A stretch of 33,731 nucleotides of DNA from Tubiluchus corallicola (taxonomy: Eukaryota; Animalia; Priapulida): assembly GCA_030141605.1 (NCBI GenBank), contig JAQGDQ010001586.1, positions 1 through 33,731 on the forward strand, read 5' to 3'. Positions 1 to 23,027 of this stretch are shown in pieces. A model generated the notes under the pieces. The model was given only the letters and a program-made list of their open reading frames with translations, was not told the DNA's origin and ran no database searches. Numbering within the stretch: position 1 is the first letter of the stretch; each line of letters starts with the position of its first letter. A program made the position numbers and the translations under genes.

Positions 1-27
1 CTGGTTATAACTGAAGTCATTACGTAC

Positions 28-1298
28 CAATAGGATAAGAGAAAGATCGTCCAATGTTTTTTAGACTGATTTTTGAACTAGCTTTTGCTTGAAGTTGCTT
101 AGTCACACTTAGTTTAGGACTGTCTTCATCCTGTGAATTAAGCACATTATATGTACAACTGCATACATATATTATATACACTATTATATGTGGATAATAA
201 ATTTAGTCACATTTTACAACCATTTAGCTCTGCCTGGATTTTATCATACACATATACATAGTGCACTAATTAATGAACGAAAGTGCAAGTTCATCTTTAT
301 ACATTACAGCTTTGAAAATGTAATAATATCAGTGACTCACTGATTAATGAGCTTACCAAATCTACTTTCCTGGTGCGGCGCGGCACACAAACGGGTGGAC
401 GTAAAACTTTCTGCGGCTTAGACCTTTAATGGAAGAAAACACTATATCTTAACTAATCAGGCAACTTGTGAAGAGGTCCAACACTGTAATATTAGGCAAG
501 AATATCCCGACATTCGAAAACTCATAATTTACCCTGTACACGATGAAAAACAAATATAAAGTAACGCTGTATCTAAAAGACTAAAGACATTTAAACAAGA
601 AGCATAAAGCTAAAATAAAAGTAATAATGTTAAGGACGAAAAAAGAAAACTCACAGCTTTTAAAACTAAACTTGATCAAAAGAAAGAAAATGCAAAAAGA
701 TTGTAACTGAGTATGAAGTTTAACTGAGAACTTTCTGCTACAAATTCCACATCTAGGCCAAGCTTATTATGATCATTACTTTGTTAGACAAATTAAGCAT
801 CCACATTAATAAAATTGATAAAAATTTGGTTGAAAAAACAAACAACAATATTATAATAAGCAGCAATGTGTACGACTGATATTTTCATAAAAATATGCCC
901 TGTAGCTTTCATTTTAGTCTAATTACTAATGTGAAGTAAATTACTTAACGCAATTAACACTATTTTATTTGCTTATCTTAGCTTATTATTATTTATTAAC
1001 ATGAATCCCTGCAATTAGATATTGACAAGATAAAAAGACCAGAAGAAAAAAGAATTCACTTGAAATAAGTGGACCATTTAGTAGACTAAAAAGGCATGAA
1101 ATGTCAAATTTCGAAACACTTTAAATTATCAAATGAATTTCTTTACCTTATAACAGTAACACCTTTCTTGTTCACTAAACACTCGTTAATTAACGGTGGG
1201 CATCCTTTAGTTGAGCTGATTAAGGGGTTGTTGTACAGAATTAACTCTGATAACAAAGGCCAATCCGCAACACATAACACAGAATGCTCATCCATTAT
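28..1298 (-). CDS. XRRA1: XRRA1-like (X-ray radiation resistance-associated 1) gene, internal exons only: 1298-1147, 423-357, 130-28; continues beyond the window start
   Basis: Three GT-AG exons with matching phases (2, then 0) splice to IMDEHSVLCVADWPLLSELILYNNPLISSTKGCPPLINECLVNKKGVTVIR-SKPQKVLRPPVCVPRRTRKVDL-DEDSPKLS... The first part recalls the XRRA1 post-LRR segment (..VL.VA.FP.L.E...HNNPL...T.G.PPL...L....G...IR). No upstream coding exon was identified. Confidence 0.65.
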
Positions 1299-2063
1299 CT
1301 GAAAAAAAGCATAAAAGTGAATAATACAAAAGACAATATTTTTATTTTTAAAAAAACATCTTAAACTATAGCTCAGTACAATTTACACTAGAAAATTTGA
1401 AAGGAAACATACTGTTTTTTTAATGACTTATGTCAAAGAATTATTACTTCAGAATAATAATTTTGCATTTGCACGACTAGTTAGTACATCAAAAAGATTT
1501 TCCATACTAAGTTACCATACTAATTACTTACCAGTAGACTTACCTGTTTGAAAGACTTACGTAACTACAAGAGAAAATTCTTAGCATTTTAAAATGTTGG
1601 AACCGCTTGGTAAAATGGCAGTGCATCACCACCCCAGCATGCACCACTGATTCACCAAAAAACAGATTACTGGTCTTACTGACAAGATAAGAAATTTTCG
1701 CTTTTGTTTAGTTAGTGAAGAATGTGCTACGAATGCTCTATTATTTTTTCAAACTTAATGCAATGTTATCTAAACTTGTGTCAAATAACTTACCGTTACA
1801 GTGGCTGTACCTAACGGTCATTGTGGGAGTGTAAATTCACTAGTTTTACACAGCGTTACTGCTAACGCAAGCTCTATGCAGAATAAGACTGTGTGTGAAT
1901 GACGTAAAATTTGAAAACAAATTTTTAAAGTTCATTTATGAAGTGTTTTCTTGTGCTTTAAGGTCAAGTTCTTTTATACATTCCATTATTTCAGAACTTC
2001 ATTTTCTAGTCTAATTGTTGCTTTACCTTCAGGTTAATGTTTCTCCTTTACTTGCACATATTA

Positions 2064-2172
2064 GAAATCTTTCATGCTGCAAAATGTATTTTATAAGTTT
2101 ATAGGCAATTATGCGTCTTTTAAAGTCTCTCGTGTAACTACAATAGCTAAAATTATTTTTATGAATGTATAC

Positions 2173-2203
<31 letters not shown>

Positions 2204-2236
2204 CGTGGAAATACATTTTGCTGCATGAAAGATTTC
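2064..2236. repeat. 28-bp inverted repeat pair flanking a (TA)n(TG)n microsatellite; possible MITE remnant
   Basis: gaaatctttcatgctgcaaaatgtattt (2064-2091) vs aaatacattttgctgcatgaaagatttc (2209-2236): reverse complements with one mismatch. Confidence 0.6.
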
Positions 2237-2625
2237 CTATTGAAAACTTCCCTATAAATAAAAAATACTGAAAAGTCTTATGCAAGCGTCTTATATATAC
2301 AGGCAAAAATGGTCGTTCTATGCAAATTACAAAGCACTGAAAAACTATAATTCAAAATCTATTCTGTTCAGTTTTTAGGGTACTCACTAAGAGATGCTAT
2401 AACGATAAAATGGTATACGCACATTTTGCCAGTTGACATTTCACCAATGAACATTTTAACAATGAATTATAAAGATTTAAATTTTCCCACACATACATAT
2501 TGCCCCTGATACATTTCGTAATGCATCTAATAATTCCATACAATTTTGCCAGCGTACATATTGCCAATGCACACTTAGTCGTGTGTACATTTCGCCAGTG
2601 CTCGCATCGCCAGTGCATCCTTTGC

Positions 2626-2626
<1 letters not shown>

Positions 2627-2692
<66 letters not shown>
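2627..2692. repeat. (TA)n(TG)n compound microsatellite
   Basis: Directly visible. Confidence 0.95.
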
Positions 2693-2698
<6 letters not shown>

Positions 2699-3480
2699 CC
2701 ATAAACACTAATAAAGGTGTGTTGCAGAAATTGAATTTTTTTCCTTTTGCACATTATAATCTACTCTGTATATTTATTACTTGTTATTATATTTATCACT
2801 TGTTAAGACATTATAAAGTTGGTAAAATATTTTATGGAATTAAAAAATTATGCAAAACGTTTTCCATCATTTAAAATTTTAGCAAAGAGAGGAAAAATCT
2901 TCTTAGCTAAGATAAAACTTGGGCCAATATCAATTATAAGGGTATTAAGGGAAACGAGAAAATGGAAAACCTTCTCAGTCATTACAGCTTGTTTTACACC
3001 CTTACGGTTTGACTTTAGGATTATCCAGTTTGTGAGTGACAAATACATTATCAAATATTTGTTTTTCGGTGGTCATTATTCTCATAAATGTCAAAATTAC
3101 ATTTTTGAAAAGTAAATCATTATAAATCTTTTACATTACTACTCAATGTTATTCAGTAAAAAATTGTGAGCCTAATATTCCGTGCAAATTCATTTAATAT
3201 GGGAAATCTACATAAATTACGACATTGTGATTATTTTATCATCATTTTAATTTACCACTGTTTGTTTCTAAAAATTGGTTTATAAACAATGGTATTGCTA
3301 TTGTTTGCTATTGCTATTGTTTGCTATTGCTATAAACACACTTATGCTATTGTTGTTATGTTTGTTTTTATATTTTCCTTTTTGTTATTGCTTTATTTTG
3401 ATTAGTTTATTTAAGTAATTAACAATAATTGCATCCTGTGACATCAATTCTTTTTTCTGTCACCAATATTAAATTATAAG

Positions 3481-3617
3481 GGGTGAGTGACTAGATGACC
3501 TACGGTCTTTCCTCGCCCCATCTCCACAGACAAAGTTATTTTTTCGTAAAATGGAAATTTGTGGCACATTTGGAGAAAATAAATGTCTATGTCTATGTCT
3601 ATGTATGTCTATGTCTA
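3481..3617 (+). mobile_element. 3' end of a 5'-truncated non-LTR retroposon (stem-loop, AATAAA, (TGTCTA)n tail)
   Basis: gggtgag-tgactagatgacctacggtctttc-ctcgccc hairpin, then aataaa and tandem tgtcta. The same core is present at 17976-18018 and 26305-26342. Confidence 0.55.
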
Positions 3618-4829
3618 AACATTTATGGTAATTATTTCAAATTCCGTGAAAATCTTTTACACATTACTATAAAATTTATTATCTGTAAAAATTAAAATTT
3701 CTGAAGCAACTAAACATTTTAGTACCCATATTTGCTAACTGGTTTTACAAGTAAAATTTCTGAGAATAAGGAGTGTAGCATGCAAACAGGTCGTGTTTAT
3801 TATCCTTTAGATGGTCAATCAAATTAATGGCACGTAAATTTCAGAGATACAATTTTTCCACTTTATGCTACCGCCTAAACAAGCTTTTGAGCTGCTACAA
3901 TAAAAGCTAGAAATGTTATTCGGAAATATGAAAGTTCCCAGTTTATTTTGAACAGTATTTTAATAATACAACTAGTGTAATAACAATGCAATCAAAACTT
4001 ACAGAAACACCGTTGTTGATTGCAGTCCGCCTGGTAGTAATTTTAAGCAACAATAAAAGTACTAACTAGTCATCTATAGGAAAAGACATAGTAAAAGGCA
4101 CCATTCTACTCCTGTTTTAATTAAGCTACAATAAACCAGTTCCTAGCATTACGATAAATGATGTAAAGAGCTGCTATATTTCTTTTGTTTTTCTGTTTCC
4201 TTTTACAATATTCATTGTCTTATACCGCAATAAGCGACACCGATTTTAAAGGAAGACAGGATGATTTTTCATATACTTCCCCATTTTCAAGTACAATACA
4301 AAGTATACATTTTAGCACAATTAATACTGTAAAAGCGTTTCTGATATTTAAATAATAGATTAAAAACTTATTTAACAGCAAGCGAGCCTAACTATTGAGG
4401 ACGTCACAAACGAACATAATTTTCAACACAAAAATATTCCATGAGCGTAATACATGTGTTTGCAAAAGCAAAAATTGAAGTTCTGTGCTACTGTAATATA
4501 TTCGCTGTGTTGTACTAAAACTAGGCAAAATTTAAGATAAAAATATATTTTAATATCGATATTTATAAGCATTAAAGTATTTAAGAACATCGCAGCATGA
4601 GAATAAAAATTCACACAACTGTTAATGGCATATGCATCCAGTGCAAACTAAAAACTACTGCGCCAAAAATTTAAAACGAAATATACATTATAATATTACA
4701 CGCAAATTATAATAGACTATATACAATATATACATACAATTTAAAATGGACGTTGTATTCAAAAATACAACAATAAAATTTGTGGATGAATATATTATCA
4801 TTTACGTATGTTGGGTTTTCAAAACGATT

Positions 4830-5430
4830 TAATGTATGTATTTTTAGTTTGGATTTGAATTTATAGAAAGACTTGAGTTGTTCTAAACTTGGTGGCAGGG
4901 TATTCCATTATTGAACTCCTTGTTTAGTGACAGAATTGTTGTCGTGTTTGTTATTAGTGCGTGTTTGTTTAATATTGTGTGTTCTTGGATTTAATGTTGG
5001 CTCCAAGAGGAGTGGACGCTTATTTTTGATGAAGGGCGTGTTAATATTGTTGATGTATTTATATAAAAATAGGATTGTGTAGAAGTCTTTATGTGCTTGT
5101 AAAATTGGGAATTTAAACATTTTTCTCAATTCTGTTGTAGAGGTTTGATTTGTGATGAGAGACGTTTTATTTGAATAGCCAGAGACTAATCTTAATGCAT
5201 AATTTTGAAGACTAGTTTGTTGAATAGCTGTCTCTTGAAACTCCATAAGAAATATCTTCTAAATCGATTTGGTAACATATAAGACATGAGCATCTTGACC
5301 ACACGATTAATTTACAATTTACAATTTTGCCAATATTAATCTTCTTTGAAGTAAAATAAGCGCACTTTTGAGGCGATTCCAACATTTGTTTAAGGTATAT
5401 CATTTTTATTTTGTTTTGCTTCACAGACAG
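4830..5430 (-). mobile_element. Degenerate LINE (CR1/L2/Crack-like) ORF2 C-terminal fragment
   Basis: Minus frame reads LQNYALRLVSG...GVQ*WNTLPPSL...FKSKLK, the LQN.ALR...WN.LP...FK..LK pattern of CR1/L2-group ORF2 ends; interrupted by a stop and a frameshift. Confidence 0.7.
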
Positions 5431-6317
5431 GTGATCCTTTTCGCGACATCTTGGACAAATAATTGTTTCTACTAAGTAAACCGGTTAGCGAGTTGTGTGC
5501 CCTAGTTAGCCAGTTTCCCTCGTTGAAGCATTAGATACTTACTTGAATGTATGATGATAATTATTAATGGAGCTAAGAATAATGATGATATTGTTGTAAA
5601 AAATATATATGTTGTGCTGATTTAAACTTGCGTTGTGCAGTCTTTTCTGTTATAAACTGGTTTCCTTATAAACAGGTCATGTGACCAGTCTTTTACCTGT
5701 ACACTTACCTGTAGATTGGCGTAACTCAGACATTCACACACTGCAGTGACAGATTGTTTAGCGTCATTCATTGATTCGTTGTTATAATTTCAAAATTACA
5801 CTTATAGAAGATCACCATGTAAGTTGATTTATTAATTTCTTAAATCTTGAACCTTTGTTTATTAAAAAGACTACAGATTAGATTTTATAAGTTGCGTAAA
5901 AGTTTGTTAAAGTTAATTAGATCAATTTGGTTTAGATTTCGCCGTAAAATTGAGCAAAATTATATAAAATTTTCTTATTTGTTTTCAGATTAAACGATGC
6001 AAGCTACACAATTATGTTGTTGGAGTTTTTTTGTAAGAAGGTAGCACATATGTAAATTGTAAATATTTGCATGACTTTATTACCTTTGATTTTTTTACAA
6101 TTATGGCGACTTTTTTACAAACACTCGTTTAAATTGTTTTGTAGCTCGCTAGCCAGCGTGTATATAGATTTTAAATTATGCTTAATTATAGGTAATAATC
6201 GTTATGAAAAACCAGATAGACAAATCTCATAGTCAAGTTTTTCAGGTTTTGTAAAAACAATCCTCGTATTAGTGTAAACGTACTCGCTGCAGTAACACCA
6301 TCACACTCATTGCTGTA

Positions 6318-15653
<9,336 letters not shown>

Positions 15654-15743
15654 AAAGCCTTTGTAACATTCAGATTAAGAACAAAAACACAAATGACAAA
15701 TACACTTTATTTTAATTACAATTAAGAGTTTGTTGTTCTATGA

Positions 15744-17770
15744 TCACTGTGCATGGGTCTCGTTGCTTCCTGTATCAGGGCATTCACAATCTTCTGACGA
15801 AGGAACGAACTGTCGAAGTAGAAAGAAGTAAGACGCAAATATCCCAAATGACTGAAAAAAATCAAAACCTCACATTTAATATCAAATTAATAAGCTGCGA
15901 AATAATGCGAGTCATTATCATGAGTTAATGAAATGCTGAAAACTGCGTAACACTTTGTAAAATCTGTGCAATATCTCATACGTATTTATAATTAATATTT
16001 TATACTGTTACTGAAGCTTTGGAGGACTTCAAGGTTGGAAAGACATTGTTTCCAGTTTTATTCAGGAAATACTTCTAAAGTTGCTTTCTCAGTTGCCATT
16101 TCATTATAAATTTGCAAATACGAAGCTGCTGAGCTACCAACGGAATCATAGAATTTTGTTGTTTTCACTTTCATTCTGTAACGGGTCAAAACTAGATAGT
16201 TTTATTTGGCGACTTTGTTGTTGACCGTCACTTCATCATCGTCAAATTCAAATGACGAATCGTACACTTCAGACTCTGAATTATTGCTGTACATCTTATA
16301 TGAGTAAAGCACGCTTCAAGAAAACCACGTACAGTATGAACTTTTAAAGCCTCTCGCTAAAACAAGTACGAACGACCGCTCTGTTCTGCTCGCTGGTATC
16401 TACTGTACCTCTCAGTAAGCTCTTCCTAACGCGACGCCAGAGCATTGAGTGTCGTGGTGGGTGGTAATGTTTGCTTGCAGGGCAAACGGCGCGCAATTTA
16501 AGTAACAATATCACATAAAAGTACGCATCAGAACTGTCTTAAAAGTTAAGAAATACGTAATTTCGCCTATGCTATAAAAGAAAATAACATAAAAATAGTG
16601 TGATCGGACCTTTAGAGTATAATTTGTTGCTTACGGTTAAAATAAAGGATCTGTTTATCACAAAGAGTTTCCCTGCAGTCATTACAATCTTCGGTCCTGA
16701 AAGTCTCACTGCAAACAAGTTTACCTGCACAAAAATGTGAAAACAAAACTTTGTGATGAGACGACAGCTGTTGTAACAGCCTTCTATGAATTAAAATTTA
16801 ATCCTGTCGGCAGAGAAAGAATAATAAAGAAGACAAAAACGAAGTTACGACGTACACGCTAATGCATAATATAAAAGAGAAAAGAATTTAACGACAATTT
16901 TGATGAACTGAGTTTTGATGCTTGAAGCAAAAAAAAATCGATTGAAATAACAAGGGATTATGACGTACATAATGGATTGTGACGTACATAACGGATTGTG
17001 ACGTACATAACGTATGTAAGAAAATTATCTTGACAAGGATGTTATCAACAGCATCAATAAATATAATAATATTAGGAATAAATGGAAATACTTACATCGA
17101 ACTGTTGTTGCTGTGTCAAAGTGCTTCTGTCCACTGCATGTAGGATATTGACAGGTTTTTCTGCCTGATAACGACAATATTAGCGTATAACTTCATTAAT
17201 CTTGTGTAATCTTAGTATCAAAATTATTTATATGATGGAATAAATCCACGCTTGTTGAATTTTGAAGCTAATTGTGAAAAATTCGGGAAGCAGCCTGGAT
17301 TTGAACTAAGGACCTTTTGCTTACAAGGCGAGAGTCATGACAACTGGATGCCAGATCCCAGTGATCATTCAGTTCTTGTATCTGGCCAACCAATTCAGCA
17401 TTTTCTAGCTTAGTTTATTCACACTAGAGTAACTGCTAACTAATTAGATTAATTTTTTGCAATTAATTTGGAGGAGTAATTAAATATTTAAATATTGCTG
17501 GAGTAATTTATAGGTGATTACTTAATCATCATAATGCTAATTTAAAGGTTGTTATTATCATTAATAACAGAATGAGCCCACAATAGTTGAATTTTGAAAC
17601 GTATTTCTTTCAAGTTTGGTTTCAAAATTCAACAAAATTATAAAATCTGTTGTGGATTTATTCCGTGAACTATATAAGATCGTTGTTGAAAGCAACTGTT
17701 AGTTAAAGAAATGACGGCTTATAATTATAATAACAATGATGATGATGATGATGACGATGACTACGACGAC

Positions 17771-17835
<65 letters not shown>

Positions 17836-17863
17836 TAATAATAACAACAACAACAACAACAAC

Positions 17864-17903
<40 letters not shown>

Positions 17904-19329
17904 TAATTTATTTGCTTGCCTTCTGAATAAACACAAAAACCAATTTACTAATATTCAACAATATTTAAAGAAGGGCGGAATGGCGAAAGACCAAAATGGT
18001 CATCTAGTCTGCCATCCCTAACTAGTGAAACTGCGAATCTCTGTATGGCGAGTGAGCATAATTATAGCAAATAAATAAATAAATAATAAATAGGCAAAGA
18101 ATTAGTTAAAATGGATGGCAAGAATTTCTACTACTATTACTATCATCATCATCATTACCATTATCATTATTATAAAGTCGTTATAGACAAATGCCTCAGT
18201 AATTACAAAACACTTATTTCCATGCTCAGTAACTCATTAACTTGTCGACTATTTAATCATTTAATTACCAACCATTTCTTGTCCTCAATAGACTAATGTT
18301 ACTTAAAATTTAATTAAATTTGTTTTTCTTTGAGTTACTTACCATTTCATTGACAAATCCACAGGAAAAACTGAAGCACAGCAGTGCAACAATGTGTCCA
18401 ACAACGACAACAAACATGGCAATCAGAAAGAAAGGGCCAAAGTGGTAAAACTTGGGATTTATTAAGATAACGGTGTTTACTAATGTCATGGTGACTGCTA
18501 CGATGCACTCAGCTGCTGAGATAGGTCCAAATGTATCATCGGTAAACTCTGCTAATCTGCACAATTGCTGATATTTTTGCCTGTGTTTTGCTACGTTTTG
18601 TTGTAAATTGAAGTCAGTTTCCATAGTTTTAGCAAGAAAGGAGAACTCTTTCTGCAGTAGTACAACTAAGCATAGCATGAGAGCAGGCATGCCCCAAGCA
18701 TCAATGTAGTAGACCTCGCACATGAAAATCGTTGTCAGAAAAGTGTAAAGAACTGAGAATGAGAATCCTTCAGCTTCGAATGATGTCAAAACAAAAACGG
18801 CAGTCGAAAGTGAAATTATTGTGACCAGAACAATTAACGCAATACTAGTGTACTTCGAATATCTGGCCAGACTTTTCAGTTTGAACTCGTCTTCGTTGAG
18901 GAGATACTGCTCCCACTTTGTCAGAACCTGTTGGATCTCCTTACGTTTCACCAACGTTGTTATCAAATTGCTTGTAGCCTGGCCAACTATCAGCAGCGTC
19001 GCCATTTGTACAATGACCGTTGCTAAATATTTTGCAGCTAAAAGGTAGATCAGGATGATTATCGTGTTGAGTATGACCACCAGATCAGAAATTGTTAAGA
19101 GGATGGAACAAACCACGAGGCATTTGCTCGACTCTTCAAAGTGTCCAAGTGTCGAAAATGGCCATGCTCCAAAGATCTTCATGAGCATCGTAATGGGTCG
19201 AATAGATCTCCAGAAACTTAGATCTTCTTTTGACTTTGCCATGTCATCAACTGGTGTTGACGACGAGATATTGTTTGTTGTCTCCAGACCATCGTCAACT
19301 ATTTGAATCACGGGTTTTACAGCAGCCAT
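15744..19329 (-). CDS. Gustatory receptor-like (7tm_7/GRL) protein 1, ~417 aa; exons 19329-18343, 17164-17096, 16724-16635, 15851-15744
   Basis: Multi-TM first exon with S..PI..LMKIFG.WPF and HQ.LC.L...D..F.P-like motifs, then three phase-0 GT-AG introns joining AEKPVNIL.., VNLFAVRLSGPKIVMTAGKLFVINRSFILT and SFGIFASYFFLLRQF (TYhhhhhQF-type signature). Confidence 0.9.
17230..17675. mobile_element. MITE-like element with inverted ends and an internal tRNA-like segment
   Basis: ggaataaatccac (17237-17249) / gtggatttattcc (17652-17664) and gttgaattttgaa / ttcaaaattcaac are inverted. Interior 17285-17460 is homologous to the flanks of the 30-bp array (12466-12490, 13076-13150). Confidence 0.55.
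17720..18020 (-). mobile_element. Non-LTR retroposon 3' end whose tail is the long (TTA)n/(TTG)n/(TCA)n microsatellite
   Basis: Minus strand: ggatggcagactagatgaccattttggtctttcgccattcc hairpin, AATAAA, then (TTA)n at 17905-17720. Confidence 0.6.
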
Positions 19330-19641
19330 TCTCACACTAGTGTCTTTGCGTTTTAAGCTTCTGGCAAAGTCGTCTATTTGTTGCTAAGTTCGCAGCGAGA
19401 GTGTTTGAAAACAGTGATTGTACGGTAATAATTATTATATTAAAACTGAAGCTGTCGGCTCGTTTGAATAACTAGCCTCGCAAATAAACTTTCTTGTAAC
19501 TGATTCGGTTGCTATTTGCACAGTATTTCAGTGTACTTGTCTTACATTGTTGTGACTTGTTAATTCTGTCGTATCAGTTTTTCGACTGTAGTGGCCAGCT
19601 GCACAGGTACAAAGGAGTAATACAAAGATAAATCAATCATA

Positions 19642-20228
19642 CAGGGTGTCCATAAAGTCTGGGTACATAGTAAAAACAAATACTTTTTAAAAAACAATTT
19701 TATTCAATTTTGATGTTGATAAATAATATTTTCAACATGATTTCCATCACATCTGCATCCTTCTATCGGGGTCGTCTTCATTTAAGTGATGTAATATTTG
19801 TAATTTATATGGATGAAACCTTTCCTCTCTCGGGATTTTGTGAATTGTTGACCTTGGAACACCCAACTCTGCGGATGTCCGACGAAGTGATTTCCTTGGG
19901 CTAGCATAAACCTTGGCCAAGACAGCCTCTCTCGTTTCGTCTAAAGTCTTGGGGCGTCCAGAACGAGGTTTGTCCAAGACACTGCCTGTTTCTTTAAACT
20001 TCTTGACCAATTTCTCGACGGCAGTAAAACAAATATGTTGACGATTAGGGTGTCGAAGGTTAAATTCTTCCGCAATTTTACGATAAGACCATCCTTCTCG
20101 TCCACTTAAGAGTACCAAATCGATTCTTTCTTCCTTAGACAAAGCCATTTTCTTTCTGAAGAGAAAAAATAAAAACAAATAAATAAATAGTAAAATCCCC
20201 CATGTACTCAGACTTTACGGACACCCTG
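19642..20228 (-). mobile_element. Internally deleted Tc1/mariner DNA transposon, 587 bp
   Basis: 27-bp TIRs cagggtgtccataaagtctgggtacat / atgtactcagactttacggacaccctg, flanked by TA on both sides. Confidence 0.93.
19747..20148 (-). pseudogene. Truncated Tc1/mariner transposase: N-terminal HTH DNA-binding region only (133 aa)
   Basis: MALSKEERI...KFKETGSVLDKPRSGRPKT...SPRKSLRRTSAELGVPRSTI...FHPYKLQILHHLNEDDPDRR. The catalytic domain is missing; the C-terminal remnant DGNHVENII follows in another frame. Confidence 0.88.
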
Positions 20229-20803
20229 TATTTTCAGGCAGCCAGGATGGTATTGTGAATATCCTTTTTTCTGTGTTTTAACATTGGATTTCTTCCATTG
20301 TTTTAGAGTGGAATATTAACTATTCCCTAAAGTTTACTTTATGTTCCACTTTCTCTCGCTTTACATTCTTGGTTATTTTAATCGATAGTCAAGCAAATTT
20401 AGGAAGTGGACAGATAAGCTACTAAGACCACAAAATACCTTGCTAAAGCAATTTAAATACATAAACTGCAATATAAGTCTAGTTTATATTGACGTTTAAT
20501 TTTGACGTGAAAAATGCTTCTATGTATCTCACTAAATTGGCTGAACGTATTTATAAGCATTTCCAGAACAACTACTAAAATAGCTATAGATCTGTACCAA
20601 AACAAAAATAGGTAATTAAGGACCCTTGAATATTTTAAAGAGTAAATGGTTTTGACCTACATTTAATATTGGGTTCGGTTTTGCTTTAAAATGAGATATT
20701 AAATTAGCTGATTAACTAATCAACGTGATTCGTGAAAGTTATTAATAAGGTGTCATGTATCACATTTTTAGTAACACAATCATTAATTTATTTGTTTATT
20801 ATT

Positions 20804-23027
20804 TATCAGTCACATTGACTTCACTGACAGGACACTCGCAACTTTAAATCTACAACAGCAAAGTTTCATTGATACACGTATCGGTCACATTGACTTCACT
20901 GACAGGACACTCGCAACTTTATATCTACAACAGCAAAGTTCCGTTGATACACGTATCGGTCACATTGACTTCACTGACAGGACACTCGCAACTTTAAATC
21001 TACAACAGCAAAGTTTCATTGATACACGTATCGGTCACATTGACTTCACTGACAGGACACTCGCAACTTTAAATCTACAACAGCAAAGTTTCGTTGATAC
21101 ACGTATCGTGTTAATATCGGTCACATTGACTTCACTGACAGGACACTCGCAACTTTAAATCTACAACAGCAAAGTTCCGTTGATACACGTATCGGTCACA
21201 TTGATTTCACTGACAGGACACTCGCAACTTTATACCTACAACAGCAAAGTTTCGTTGATACACGTATCGGTCACATTGATTTCACTGACAGGACACTCGC
21301 AACTTTATGTCTACAACAGCAAAGTTTCGTTGATACACGTATCGGTCACATTGACTTCACTGACAGGACACTCGCAACTTTATATCTACAACAGCAAAGT
21401 TTCGTTGATACACGTATCGGTCACATTGACTTCACTGACAGGGCACTCGCAACTTTATGTCTACAACAGCAAAGTTCCGTTGATACACGTATCGGTCACA
21501 TTGACTTCACTGACAGGGCACTCGCAACTTTAAATCTACGACAGCAAAGTTTCGTTGATACACGTATCAGTCACATTGACTTCACTGACAGGACACTCGC
21601 AACTTTATATCTACAACAGCAAAGTTTCGTTGATACACGTATCGGTCACATTGACTTCCGTGACAGGACATTCGCAACTTTATATCTACAACAGCAAAGT
21701 TTCATTGATACACGTATCGGTCACATTGACTTCACTGACAGGACACTCGCAACTCTATATCTACGACAGCAAAGTTTCGTTGATACACGTATCGGTCACA
21801 TTGACTTCACTGACAGGGCACTCGCAACTTTATATCTACGACAGCAAAGTTTCGTTGATACACGTATCGGTCACATTGACTTCACTGACAGGACACTCGC
21901 AACTTTATATCTACAACAGCAAAGTTTCGTTGATACACGTATCGGTCACATTGACTTCACTGACAGGACACTCGCAACTTTATATCTACAACAGCAAAGT
22001 TTCGTTGATACACGTATCGGTCACATTGACTTCACTGACAGGACACTCGCAACTCTATATCTACAACAGCAAAGTTTCGTTGATACACACATCGGTCACA
22101 TTGACTTCACTGACAGGACACTCGCAACTCTATATCTACAACAGCAAAGTTTCGTTGATACACGTATCGGTCACATTGATTTCACTGACAGGACACTCGC
22201 AACTTTATACCTACAACAGCAAAGTTTCGTTGATACACGTATCGGTCACATTGACTTCACTGACAGGACACTGGCAACTTTATATCTACAACAGCAAAGT
22301 TTCGTTGATACACGTATCGGTCACATTGACTTCACTGACAGGGCACTCGCAACTTTAAATCTACAACAGCAAAGTTTCGTTGATACACGTATCGGTCACA
22401 TTGACTTCACTGACAGGACACTCGCAACTCTATATCTACAACAGCAAAGTTTCGTTGATACACACATCGGTCACATTGACTTCACTGACAGGACACTCGC
22501 AACTTTAAATCTACAACAGCAAAGTTCCGTTGATACACGTATCGGTCACATTGACTTCAGTGACAGGACACTCACAACTTTATATCTACAACAGCAAAGT
22601 TTCGTTGATACACGTATCAGTCACATTGACTTCACTGACAGGACACTCGCAACTCTATATCTACAACAGCAAAGTTTCATTGATACACGTATCGGTCACA
22701 TTGACTTCACTGACAGGACACTCGCTACTTTATATCTACAACAGCAAAGTTTCGTTGATACACGTATCGGTCACATTGACTTCACTGACAGGACACTCGC
22801 AACTTTATATCTACAACAGCAAAGTTTCGTTGATACACGTATCGGTCACATTGACTTCAGTGACAGGACACTCACAACTTTATATCTACAACAGCAAAGT
22901 TTCGTTGATACACGTATCGGTCACATTGACTTCAGTGACAGGACACTCGCAACTTTGTATCTACAACAGCAAAGTTTCGTTGATACACGTATCGGTCACA
23001 TTGATTTCACTGACAGGACACTCGCAA
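20804..23027. repeat. 75-bp minisatellite, ~29.5 copies, overlapping the last codons and 3'UTR of GRL2
   Basis: Unit tatcggtcacattgacttcactgacaggacactcgcaactttatatctacaacagcaaagtttcgttgatacacg repeated with few variants. Confidence 0.97.

Noticed and set aside
15990-16613. Degenerate acidic minus-strand reading (MYSNNSESEVYDSSFEFDDDE...) and a Kolobok-like end (gtgatcggacctttag)
   Set aside because: Interrupted by stops and no partner terminus found; cannot be supported beyond a possible old transposon remnant.
16955-17015. Three copies of a 20-bp unit containing TGACGT
   Set aside because: Short intronic tandem duplication with no evidence of function.
17703-17936. Poly-Asn and poly-Tyr ORFs
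   Set aside because: Translations of the (AAT)n microsatellite.
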